Shown: piece by piece, positions 1 to 8,623 of the stretch
Numbering within the stretch: the first letter of the stretch is position 1
How the letters are laid out: each line of letters opens with the position of its first letter
Origin: Synergistaceae bacterium
GTDB lineage: Bacteria; Synergistota; Synergistia; Synergistales; Aminobacteriaceae
NCBI GenBank assembly: GCA_017447325.1
Contig: JAFSNU010000128.1
Span: forward strand, 1 to 35,839
Direction: 5' to 3'
Length of the DNA: 35,839 bases
The notes under the pieces: model-generated
Seen by the model: the letters and a program-made list of their open reading frames with translations, nothing else
Databases searched by the model: none
What the model was told of the DNA's origin: nothing
Made by a program: the position numbers and the translations under genes

Positions 1-9
1 GGGAAGAGC

Positions 10-1866
10 GTGACTGTACCAGCTAACTACGCATCGGCGCGAAAAAATCTTGAGAAGTTTTTTGCTTTAAGCCCGGCAGCGATTGATCTTTGCGAGTTCA
101 TGTATCTTATGCAAACGAACTCAAAATTGAGAGAATATTTTGATATATCCCTTAAAATATGGGATAGGGATAAAAAAGATATTCTAGCTTATATTCTCGA
201 TATGAACTCCTCAACGCTGGAACTGGAGGCCTCTGAGCTCAACGTATGCGGAATAACTGAACACATGTGCTGGGAATTTTATTCTAATAAGCTCCTCAGC
301 AGTATGGTCATCTCTCTTTGGGAGGCTACGGGTGCTGACAACATCGATAGATTCTTTTACTCGCCGCTGGAAGGCAATATCCTGCCACTCGAGAAATTCC
401 GTGTTTCAGAAGAGGATTTACGTTACGTCAAGGGGCTTTTAACTTCTAAAAGTGATACTCCTGTTCATATTTTACTTTATGGACCTCCAGGCACGGGTAA
501 GACAACTTTTGCCCGTAGTCTTGCACATGACTTAAAAATTAGGGCATGGAATATTAACAGCGGAGAAAACGACGATGATAGGAACCGCCGTGCAGCTCTC
601 ATCGCCGGTTTGAATATTGCCTGCAAAAAGACTAACGGCTTCGTCTTAGTGGACGAGGCGGAGCGTTTACTGGACACAAGCTGGCACGGCGGAAGTTTTG
701 AGAAAGACAAAGCATGGTTAAACTCTTTATTGGAAAAACCGAAAAATCATGTTATCTGGATTGTAAATCACGCCAGCCATATAGACTCCGCCGTACTGCG
801 TCGCTTCTCATTCAGTGTTAAATTTAATACACTGAACAAACAGGAACGTCATGACATGTGGGAGGACATCATTGACAGACATAATGCAAAAAAGTATTTT
901 ACCGAACCCCAAATAGAAACTCTTGCAGAGAGGCCTAATATATCGGCTGCTGTTATGGAAAAAGCGGTAACTCAGGCAAAAGAACTTGGATACAAGAGCA
1001 AGGAATTTTTACCAGCTGTAGAATGTTCTCTGAACGCTTATTCCGCTCTTGTTAGCCCCATAGAAATAACAAGTAGAACAAAAAGAACTAAAAATACAAT
1101 AAAAACTGAAGCGGCTCAGAATTTTACTCTTGATGGAATTACTGTTGAAGAGTCGATAAGCGACTTGATAGCGCGTTTTCGCCGAGCTGATGAGGTCATG
1201 CGAAACGATAAGCGTAAACTTACCGGAGGCTGCGCTTCATTATTATTCTATGGACCTCCTGGTACAGGAAAGACAGCTTTGGCCAGATATATTGCTCAAG
1301 AACTGGGGCGTAATTGTATAATTCAGCGAGCCAGCGACCTGCTTAGCTGTTATGTAGGCGACACTGAAAAGAAGATTGCTTCAGCCTTTAGCAGGGTAGA
1401 GGAGGAAAATTCCCTGCTTATTATTGACGAAGTAGATTCGTTTTTGTTCTCTCGGAAAATGGCTCAACGTTCCTGGGAGGTTAGCATGGTAAATGAATTT
1501 TTAACAAGGCTTGAAGAGTGCCGGTCATTCTGTATCTGCACAACTAATCGTTTTGAGGATCTGAATGATGCAGCGCTTCGAAGGTTTTCCTACAAAGTGG
1601 CCTTTAAATATGCCCAGCCATCTCAACTTATGGCTTTATATAACGCGTTGCTCTCGCCGTTGTGCGAAGCTCCTTTGCCTGCGGATCTTGAAAAGGAGCT
1701 TAAAAGCTTCTCACATTTGACGCCCGGCGATTTTCGTACTGTATGTACTCAATACGGTTCTCTATTTTCAGATGAGCCATATGTACAACACGATACGTTT
1801 ATCTCAGCGTTACGAAAGGAAGAGGGCCTAAAATCGGGCTTCCTGAGCCGAACAGCCGGATTTTAA
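10..1866 (+). CDS. Tandem AAA+ ATPase with two P-loop modules; possibly 5'-partial
   Basis: Two Walker A motifs (LLYGPPGTGKTTFA and LFYGPPGTGKTALA), each followed by a Walker B (VLVDEAERL and LIIDEVDSF) and an LRRF sensor/arginine motif. The frame is open back to base 1, so the GTG at 10 may not be the true start. TAA stop. Confidence 0.85.
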   Translation: MTVPANYASARKNLEKFFALSPAAIDLCEFMYLMQTNSKLREYFDISLKIWDRDKKDILAYILDMNSSTLELEASELNVCGITEHMCWEFYSNKLLSSMVISLWEATGADNIDRFFYSPLEGNILPLEKFRVSEEDLRYVKGLLTSKSDTPVHILLYGPPGTGKTTFARSLAHDLKIRAWNINSGENDDDRNRRAALIAGLNIACKKTNGFVLVDEAERLLDTSWHGGSFEKDKAWLNSLLEKPKNHVIWIVNHASHIDSAVLRRFSFSVKFNTLNKQERHDMWEDIIDRHNAKKYFTEPQIETLAERPNISAAVMEKAVTQAKELGYKSKEFLPAVECSLNAYSALVSPIEITSRTKRTKNTIKTEAAQNFTLDGITVEESISDLIARFRRADEVMRNDKRKLTGGCASLLFYGPPGTGKTALARYIAQELGRNCIIQRASDLLSCYVGDTEKKIASAFSRVEEENSLLIIDEVDSFLFSRKMAQRSWEVSMVNEFLTRLEECRSFCICTTNRFEDLNDAALRRFSYKVAFKYAQPSQLMALYNALLSPLCEAPLPADLEKELKSFSHLTPGDFRTVCTQYGSLFSDEPYVQHDTFISALRKEEGLKSGFLSRTAGF

Positions 1867-2170
1867 TCTGTGTTACTATCACACTTAATTTATTTACTTT
1901 TATGAACTTTATATATTTATATATAATATATAAGTGATTATATAAGGCTATAGAGGTCACGGGACAATCAGAGCGGAATATAATAGTCGTGATATACGGC
2001 TTTTATATTTCGCCTAAGGTTTATAACAAGGAGTGAGCGGTGAGATTTTTGCTGGAACGCGTGAATATGCGCGGCGAGGTCATGTAAAATGTTTCTATAA
2101 TAAGCTGGCGATCGCCTAATTATGGAACTTTAACCGTTAATCATGATTAAAAAACAGGAGGAAGAATATT

Positions 2171-3019
2171 ATGAATACTCGGGAAAAATTGATAGCTGTA
2201 TTTCAGGACACTCAGAAATTTTACGCGGAAAATAAAATCCTTATTGATGCCGTGAAGTATGGAAAGGAATATACCGCGCTTTATGAAACAGATGATTACT
2301 CTCCTTTACCGCAGTCGTCCGGAGAGCGAGATGGAGAAATTCAGGTTATTAAAGCCAGAAGTTTTGAGGCGGCCATATCCGCACATAAGAGTTTTCCGCA
2401 AAAGAAGATTGCCGTACTTAATTTTGCCAGTGCAACACACCCCGGCGGCGGCGTAAAGCATGGCAGCAGAGCTCAGGAGGAAAGCCTGTGCCGATGCTCG
2501 ACGTTATTCCCTACTATAGACAGAAAATGGCTTTGGGAGAAATATTATAATGTCAATCGAAGCCGTAATGATTGCCGCTACTCTGATGCCTGTATTTATT
2601 CCCCGGGCGTTATCATCTGCAAGACTGATGAATATATCCCAAAGAGAATGGAGCCAGAGGATTTTGTGACGGTTGACGTTATTACCTGCGCGGCGCCAAA
2701 TCTTAGACATGAACCTCTTAACTGGCGTAACTCTGAGACCGGGAAATTAGTGAGAATGAATCCGGGGCAGCTTTACGATCTGCACGTGAAGAGGGTAAAG
2801 CATATTCTGAATGTAGCGGCATCGAACGACGTTGATATTTTAATTCTTGGTGCTTTCGGATGCGGAGCCTTCAAGAACGATCCTTATACTGTCGCGAAAG
2901 CCCATCGTACCGCCCTTGATGAGTATAAAAACAAGTTCGACCGAATTTTATTTGCAATTTATTGCCGAGATTATGAAACGGAGAATTTTAAGGCTTTTAG
3001 TCAGTTTTTTAGTAAATAG
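2171..3019 (+). CDS. PARG-type macrodomain protein (TIGR02452/DUF2263-like); putative (poly)ADP-ribose glycohydrolase
   Basis: NFASATHPGGGVKHGSRAQEESLCRCS matches the PARG signature GGG-X6-8-QEE. A second conserved block is ILGAFGCGAFKNDP. SD AGGAGG lies upstream of the ATG. Confidence 0.8.
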   Translation: MNTREKLIAVFQDTQKFYAENKILIDAVKYGKEYTALYETDDYSPLPQSSGERDGEIQVIKARSFEAAISAHKSFPQKKIAVLNFASATHPGGGVKHGSRAQEESLCRCSTLFPTIDRKWLWEKYYNVNRSRNDCRYSDACIYSPGVIICKTDEYIPKRMEPEDFVTVDVITCAAPNLRHEPLNWRNSETGKLVRMNPGQLYDLHVKRVKHILNVAASNDVDILILGAFGCGAFKNDPYTVAKAHRTALDEYKNKFDRILFAIYCRDYETENFKAFSQFFSK

Positions 3020-3060
3020 TGCGGATACAGATATAAAACCATTTAAGGAGGAATAATAAA

Positions 3061-3837
3061 TTGAACGAGTCTGGAAATTTTATTGTTATAGGATTAGGTG
3101 ACATGGGATGCACTGCTTTGAGTTCAATGCTGGAGCATAGCGTTACCGATTTCAAGTTTGTCGCGGTGAATAATCCTGCTAATGGACTTTCTGAGCTTCA
3201 AAATAACGTCAAGATATGGAAAGCGGAAATGCTTATTTTCGTTGCCGGAATTGAATATTACGCAGAAAATGGAATTATTCATAATTTTATTCGATCTATT
3301 CATGACAACGATATTTTGACGTTAGGGCTTGCCTTTTCCTCTTGCAGTTCACAAGGCGAAGACAACGCCAGAGCATACCTTGACGCGCTTATAACCTTTG
3401 ATAGTACCGATGGGGCAGTACAATGCGTCCAATGTATAGCAAACCTTCTTTTGACTGAGCGAGGAAATAATATCTTTAATGCTGGAATAATTATTATGGA
3501 CTTAGCGGACATCAGAGCCGTTCTGTCTAACGCTGGGACTGCTGTATTTGGAACAGGATATGCCAAAGGAGCCGACAGAATGAGACAGGCCGCAAAAAAA
3601 GCTATTCAATCCACCTTTATAGCGGATTCTCTAAAAAATTTTAATAGAATTCTTATTAATATCACTGCGGGCAGTGATGCCACTCTCGCAGAGATGATTC
3701 CAGCCTTAAAATTTCTCGAAACATTAGCAGCGCCTGACACAAATATTATATGGAATAATGTATTTGCAAAAGAAATTAGGGAAAGCGTTCGAGTGTCAAT
3801 TATCGCGGCAAAGAAAGATGAGCAAGATAGAGTTTAA
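3061..3837 (+). CDS. Truncated, degenerate FtsZ/tubulin-family paralogue; nucleotide-binding motifs lost
   Basis: The C-terminal half aligns by eye to FtsZ: IMDLADIRAVLSNAGTAVFGTGYAKGADRMRQAAKKAIQS, ILINITAGSDATL, PDTNIIW and VRVSIIAA correspond to NVDFADVRTVMSEMGYAMMGSG...RAEEAAEMAISSPLL, VLVNITAG, ATVVIG and LRVTVVATG. T1 GGGGGNA is replaced by GDMGCTA. The T4 GGGTGTG position reads GIEYYAENG, and the T3 region is absent. TTG start sits 9 nt after AAGGAGG and 41 nt after the PARG-like stop. Confidence 0.65.
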   Translation: MNESGNFIVIGLGDMGCTALSSMLEHSVTDFKFVAVNNPANGLSELQNNVKIWKAEMLIFVAGIEYYAENGIIHNFIRSIHDNDILTLGLAFSSCSSQGEDNARAYLDALITFDSTDGAVQCVQCIANLLLTERGNNIFNAGIIIMDLADIRAVLSNAGTAVFGTGYAKGADRMRQAAKKAIQSTFIADSLKNFNRILINITAGSDATLAEMIPALKFLETLAAPDTNIIWNNVFAKEIRESVRVSIIAAKKDEQDRV

Positions 3838-4278
3838 GTCATGAGCTTCGAGTGCGAAAATATATTTAAAACTAACAGCGAGGGATCGTAAGAACTCCTA
3901 CAGTATAACGTTCGTCGAGGCAGTGATACAAGGGGAGACTCCGGCTCTGGTCACAGAATATATTAAGAAATGGGCTGACGTGGACAGCACTGATCGCAGG
4001 CGGGGCGTTGTTCTTATCCCCGCGCTGCGACTTCGCATCGCAATATTGCTATAGAGAAGAGTAAAAGTAAAACTCATCAGAAATATAGGCGTTCAAAACT
4101 GGATAGTATTTTCAGCACATAGGGAATATTGAGTTTGAGGTTAGAAGCTGTGGATCAAAATGCAAATTATTCATAAAAAACTTTGGCAAAACTCCTTTAT
4201 AAATTAATTAAATTATTATAATTACTTTTAATAATTTAAATTTTTAAATTTCTATATTTCTATTAAATAATATTTTTT

Positions 4279-4701
4279 CTAAAAATTGTCTCTTGTTTCG
4301 TACATAGTAACTGCTTCTTTCGCTTTAAGCAAAAGATCGGGAGCGAGCTCTGATGAGTCCGCCCCTCTCTCAAACAGCAGTTTGATGATAGGCGCTTCAC
4401 GTTCGAGTTCGTCAGAAGATACTGCATACATAAGCGCAGTCCAGCCTTCGCTGTCCTTTGCGTTCACGTCAGCCCCGCAGTCCAATAAGGCATTTACGAC
4501 ATCGAAAACGTTTGAGCGTAACAACGTCATATTCTTAAACTCCTTATCATCAATTAAACCCAAAATAGACAACAAAATTTCTAATTCTACTATGTCGCCT
4601 GACGCTGCCAACATCAAAAGGGTTGTTCCATCGTCACTTTTTGCCGTGTTGACATCTATATTGCGGCTCTTGAAAAATTCCACAATTTCATCTTTTGTCA
4701 T
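4279..4701 (-). CDS. Ankyrin-repeat protein
   Basis: Ankyrin consensus blocks GTTLLMLAASGD, LLDCGADVNAKDSEGWTALMYAV and LLFERGADS. It is the lone minus-strand gene in this block. Confidence 0.8.
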   Translation of the reverse strand: MTKDEIVEFFKSRNIDVNTAKSDDGTTLLMLAASGDIVELEILLSILGLIDDKEFKNMTLLRSNVFDVVNALLDCGADVNAKDSEGWTALMYAVSSDELEREAPIIKLLFERGADSSELAPDLLLKAKEAVTMYETRDNF

Positions 4702-4965
4702 TCTTTATTGCACCTCTCTGTCATAGCCTGTTCAATAATATAATCTTTACTATTTTACAGCAGCCCGTACTTATGCATGGTATTTTCTACCCTAAAATTA
4801 TATTCTTCATCGTTAGTATCGCTTGAGTTCCTCTATATCAATATTAAAGTTGACTAAAATTGTATTATTTGTTAAAATAATTTTAATTATAGAAATACTA
4901 TTAGTAATAATTATCTCCTAGAATAGGGTTAATAAATAAGCTTATGGGGATGAAAGGAGCTAGAC

Positions 4966-6222
4966 TTGATGACAGACTGGGCTACACTGAACAAGGACGA
5001 GAACAAGGAGCTTTTGAAGCTATTCAACGATATTACTTGCGGCGAAAGCAGCACGTGTGCGCCGATTTTGCGAGAGGCTATTTTAAATCCCAATAAAGGG
5101 AGCATTTCCCGTTTAAGCTTAACAAGAACAGGCAAAAAATTTGAAGCTTTTCACAATGGATGTTGGGACTTTGTACATTATCAGCGCAAGCTATATAATT
5201 TTGATGCAAATGAGTTTAAAAGTGAAGGCTTCGTTATTGGCAGCCCTTGGCATGGGGATGTCCTGGAAGCACCCATTCTCTTCTTGAGTTCAAATCCGGC
5301 GATTACCCCTTATTGTCTTTTCCCGCGCTGGCATCCGGATAAAGATCCCCAAAAAGATAGCTTCTCTCTTGGCGGGACTTTAGGCAAAGTCGAACTGAAT
5401 TGTAAAGACGACGATGGTGATACTATTAGAAAATATAAAAATTCTATTTCGCAAGAAGATATTTATGACTTTTTCACGAATCGTTTTCAAGAGTCTCCGT
5501 CATTTATAGACCATGATGGCAAAGGCACAGCAGTCTTTAGCGTATGGGTTAGAGATGACAACAATCCTGCAAACTTCGTAAGAAGAAATGATGCTGTCAG
5601 CTATTGGCGAGGTATGCGCGATGTTATGCGCCTTTTATTGAATGGAGTTAAAGGAAATACTGTACCTTTCCAAGAAGATGAGTTGTGTGCTTTAATGCGG
5701 CCGGTTCTGAGTGCTGAGTTTGTGCCTTTTGGTTCGATGAACGAATATGGGCTAAATGATGAATTGATGAGTTATTACTGGGAAAATTTTGCATGGCCGC
5801 TTTTAAAAAATTGTGGCGCGAAGATTATTTTTTTGGTAGGCAAGTACGTCAGGGAAGCTTTTTTGAAGGCTGTACTTCAGGAGAAATATAAGAAGAAAGA
5901 TGATGATGATGATCCACTAAACTTAAACGGTAAAGTTTTGGATGTTGACGATTTTATTGCAAAAATTGAAAAAAATAAAAATAATAAAATTGTCAACGGA
6001 TATAAAGATTGGCTTAAAAATCACTGCATAGTCTTCATCAATAACCTCGGAGGGCGGGCACCAAAAAATTATGAGGCTGCTGTCGAATCATTGAGGACGA
6101 TGAACGATCCAATTATACAGGCAGCCTTACAGGGAGCTCGGGATCAGTACAAAAAAGCCTTAGAGGAAGCTAAAAAACGCAAAGAAGCCGAGACACAAAA
6201 ATCTAATAAGACCGAAAATTAA
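4966..6222 (+). CDS. Hypothetical 418-aa protein with a Lys/Glu-rich C-terminal tail; weak UDG-superfamily-like motifs
   Basis: Long ORF with an AAAGGAG SD and a hairpin terminator directly downstream. APILFLSSNPAITP resembles the MUG/UDG motif hhhhG(I/L)NPG. The late block IVFINNLGGRAP might correspond to UDG motif B. The fold assignment is speculative. Confidence 0.6.
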   Translation: MMTDWATLNKDENKELLKLFNDITCGESSTCAPILREAILNPNKGSISRLSLTRTGKKFEAFHNGCWDFVHYQRKLYNFDANEFKSEGFVIGSPWHGDVLEAPILFLSSNPAITPYCLFPRWHPDKDPQKDSFSLGGTLGKVELNCKDDDGDTIRKYKNSISQEDIYDFFTNRFQESPSFIDHDGKGTAVFSVWVRDDNNPANFVRRNDAVSYWRGMRDVMRLLLNGVKGNTVPFQEDELCALMRPVLSAEFVPFGSMNEYGLNDELMSYYWENFAWPLLKNCGAKIIFLVGKYVREAFLKAVLQEKYKKKDDDDDPLNLNGKVLDVDDFIAKIEKNKNNKIVNGYKDWLKNHCIVFINNLGGRAPKNYEAAVESLRTMNDPIIQAALQGARDQYKKALEEAKKRKEAETQKSNKTEN

Positions 6223-6228
6223 ATCTCA

Positions 6229-6254
6229 GGGGGAGTAAAATCCCCCGTTATTTT
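6229..6254 (+). terminator. Rho-independent terminator after the 4966-6222 gene
   Basis: GGGGGA (6229-6234) pairs with TCCCCC (6241-6246) around a 6-nt loop, followed by GTTATTTTG. Confidence 0.6.
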
Positions 6255-6300
6255 GAAAATCATTTACCCACTCTATATAATACTGATATTTATATATAAT
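6253..6300 (+). promoter_or_regulatory. Sigma70-like promoter(s) for the 6333 gene
   Basis: TTGAAA (6253-6258), a 17-nt spacer, then TATAAT (6276-6281). A second TATAAT is at 6295-6300. The start codon is at 6333. Confidence 0.45.
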
Positions 6301-6332
6301 ATAAATACAGATCACGAAAGGAGACAATTATC

Positions 6333-7043
6333 ATGGACGATAAGGCCGTATTAGAAAAATTTCTGAATTTTAATTTGGACTCAGCCGAAAACGTTTTGGC
6401 CGAGTTTGCCCGTCTGGATAATGCCAGGTATCAAGGCAGCACACACCCGTTGGAGAGTTTTGTTTATATCCCCGGCAGCAGGGAAGATCGGGTTTTACTG
6501 GTTGCACATGCTGATACAGTTTTTGGCAATCAGGGCAAGCATAAGATTATATTTGAGGACGGAAAATATAAAAGCGGCGAGCCTGACGTTGGCATAGGAG
6601 CGGACGACAGAGCCGGCTGCGCTATACTTTATCTGCTTAAAGATATGGGACACTCGCTTCTAATTACAAACGGCGAGGAACTTCACTGCCTCGGCTCTTA
6701 TGCAATTAAAGATTTCTATCCTGAATTATATGCTGAACTAAACGAGCACCAGTATATTATCCAGTTTGACCGGCAGAGAAGCCATGATTATAAAGTCTAT
6801 AACATTCCAGTAAGTTTGGAATTTAAGAATTTTATCGAGAAAAACACTGGCTACAGCGAACCGGACAAACGCTCCAATACAGATATTACTGTTCTGTGCA
6901 ACAAGATATGCGGCGTTAATCTGAGCATTGGCTATTATAGAGAGCATAAGCATGATGAATATCTTGTCTATGATGAGTGGAAACATACTCTTGATATAGC
7001 CAGAAAGATGCTCGAGGGCAAGCAGCCGAAATTTCCCTTGTAG
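6333..7043 (+). CDS. Compact M28/M42/M20-like Zn metallopeptidase-fold protein
   Basis: Metal-ligand pattern in the expected order: LVAHADTVF (HxD), GIGADDRAGCAIL (bridging Asp), NGEELHCLGS (EE) and a late His cluster REHKHDEY. GGAG SD before the ATG. Confidence 0.55.
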   Translation: MDDKAVLEKFLNFNLDSAENVLAEFARLDNARYQGSTHPLESFVYIPGSREDRVLLVAHADTVFGNQGKHKIIFEDGKYKSGEPDVGIGADDRAGCAILYLLKDMGHSLLITNGEELHCLGSYAIKDFYPELYAELNEHQYIIQFDRQRSHDYKVYNIPVSLEFKNFIEKNTGYSEPDKRSNTDITVLCNKICGVNLSIGYYREHKHDEYLVYDEWKHTLDIARKMLEGKQPKFPL

Positions 7044-7190
7044 CTCGATAATTATTAAAAATTAAAATATTATTGTAACTGCTAACGTTATAAGATAAGC
7101 CTCTTTATCTGTGATATAATTAACTACAAAGTTAATTATTATCGCGTTAATTAAGGAGGCTTTATTATATTTATTGGGCGCAGTAGAGAA

Positions 7191-8576
7191 TTGAACGAGC
7201 TACAACGCATGTATGAGCGTGAAGACTTTCAGCTCTTTATTCTTTATGGCCGGAGGCGCGTAGGGAAGACAAGCCTGTTAAAGGAGTTCTGCAATAACAA
7301 GAATTCGCTTTTCTTCTCCGCTGAACTTAACAGCAGCAGGGCAAATCTTGAAAAATTTTCTCAGAGAATCTTTCAGCATTACGGTGATCCTCGAGAAGAG
7401 CCTTTCGTCTCATGGGAGAGTGCGTTTCTCTATATTAATAATAGGCAGATGACAACGCGGCTTGTTCTAGTGATCGACGAATTTCCATATCTTGCGGAAA
7501 GTACTCCATCGCTTTTATCCGAACTTCAAAACGTCATTGACCATCATCTTCAGGAGAGCGGACTGTTTCTTATTCTCTGCGGCAGTTATATGGGATTCAT
7601 GGAGAAAGAAGTTCTTGGATCAAAAAGCCCTTTGTTCGGAAGACGTACAGGACAAATGCACCTGAAACCCTTTGACTACAGGACGAGCGCGGAGTTTATG
7701 GAAGGCTTCAGGATTGAAGAAAAATTCATGCTTTACGGCGCGTTTGGCGGTACTCCAATGTATTTAAGGCAAATCGACAGAGAAAAATCATTTAAAGAAA
7801 ATATCGTCAATTCTTTCCTGTTTCCTACAAGTTATCTTTACGAGGAGCCAGTCTTTCTTCTCCGTGAAGAAGTTCAACAGCCTGGAGTCTATAACTCGAT
7901 TATTGAGGCTATTGCCAGCGGCGCGTCAAAGGCCAGCGAAATTTCCTCCAAAACAGGAGAGGAGACCGCTAAATGCTTGAAATATATTAAGACCCTGCGC
8001 GACCTCGGTATTCTCTATAAAGAAGTTCCATTCGGAGAGAAAGACTCTTCGCGTCGGACGCTGTACGGCATATCAGATTTCCTGTTTCGTTTCTGGTATC
8101 GCTATGTGTTCAGCAACAGGACGCTTCTTGAAACGGACGCTCAGGAAATTGTCTGGCAACGCAAAATCGAGCCTGACTACAGTACTTATATGGGGCTTGT
8201 CTTTGAGCAGATATGCCGTGAATACCTTTTGCATCAGAACAGCGCAGGTAAACTTCCCATACTTTTTACTAAAATAGGACGTTGGTGGGGAACGGACGCA
8301 AAGTCTAAACGGCAGATAGAAATCGACCTGATAGCACAGGACGGAAAGGACACTATTTTCTGCGAGTGCAAGTGGCGGAACGTTCCGGCAGATATAAACA
8401 TGTTCAGGACGCTATGCGACAGAGCAGAGCTATTCATGTCAAATAAGGACGATAAAGGTCATATAGGATTTATAATCTTCTCAAAAAATGGCTTCACAGA
8501 TGACATCCTGAATGAAGCCAAAAGACGGGGAGATTTATTGCTTATTGGCCTTGCGGATCTTTTTAATAATAATTAA
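7191..8576 (+). CDS. Arch_ATPase/ORC-like P-loop ATPase fused to a DUF234-type PD-(D/E)XK nuclease-like C-terminus
   Basis: Walker A ILYGRRRVGKTSLL and Walker B LVIDEFPYL. The C-terminus IGRWWG...IEIDLIAQDG...IFCECKWRN carries a D...ExK nuclease-like motif. TTG start. Confidence 0.8.
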   Translation: MNELQRMYEREDFQLFILYGRRRVGKTSLLKEFCNNKNSLFFSAELNSSRANLEKFSQRIFQHYGDPREEPFVSWESAFLYINNRQMTTRLVLVIDEFPYLAESTPSLLSELQNVIDHHLQESGLFLILCGSYMGFMEKEVLGSKSPLFGRRTGQMHLKPFDYRTSAEFMEGFRIEEKFMLYGAFGGTPMYLRQIDREKSFKENIVNSFLFPTSYLYEEPVFLLREEVQQPGVYNSIIEAIASGASKASEISSKTGEETAKCLKYIKTLRDLGILYKEVPFGEKDSSRRTLYGISDFLFRFWYRYVFSNRTLLETDAQEIVWQRKIEPDYSTYMGLVFEQICREYLLHQNSAGKLPILFTKIGRWWGTDAKSKRQIEIDLIAQDGKDTIFCECKWRNVPADINMFRTLCDRAELFMSNKDDKGHIGFIIFSKNGFTDDILNEAKRRGDLLLIGLADLFNNN

Positions 8577-8623
8577 CTCGTTAATACCCACTTTATTTTT
8601 TCAATGTAAGGTTATATAATATT
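8577..8623 (+). repeat. 47-bp junction/promoter-like repeat, copy 1
   Basis: CTCGTTAATACCCACTTTATTTTTTCAATGTAAGGTTATATAATATT begins immediately after the 8576 stop. It matches copy 2 at 37 of 47 positions without gaps and ends in TATAAT (8615-8620). A partial relative, TTTACCCACTCTATATAATACT, is at 6263-6284. Confidence 0.6.

Noticed and set aside
2040-2087. 15-codon mini-ORF (GTG, MRFLLERVNMRGEVM) with an AAGGAG SD in the 300-nt leader of the PARG-like gene, considered as a regulatory leader peptide.
   Set aside because: It is too short to support from sequence alone. I could find no convincing attenuator or terminator pairing around it.
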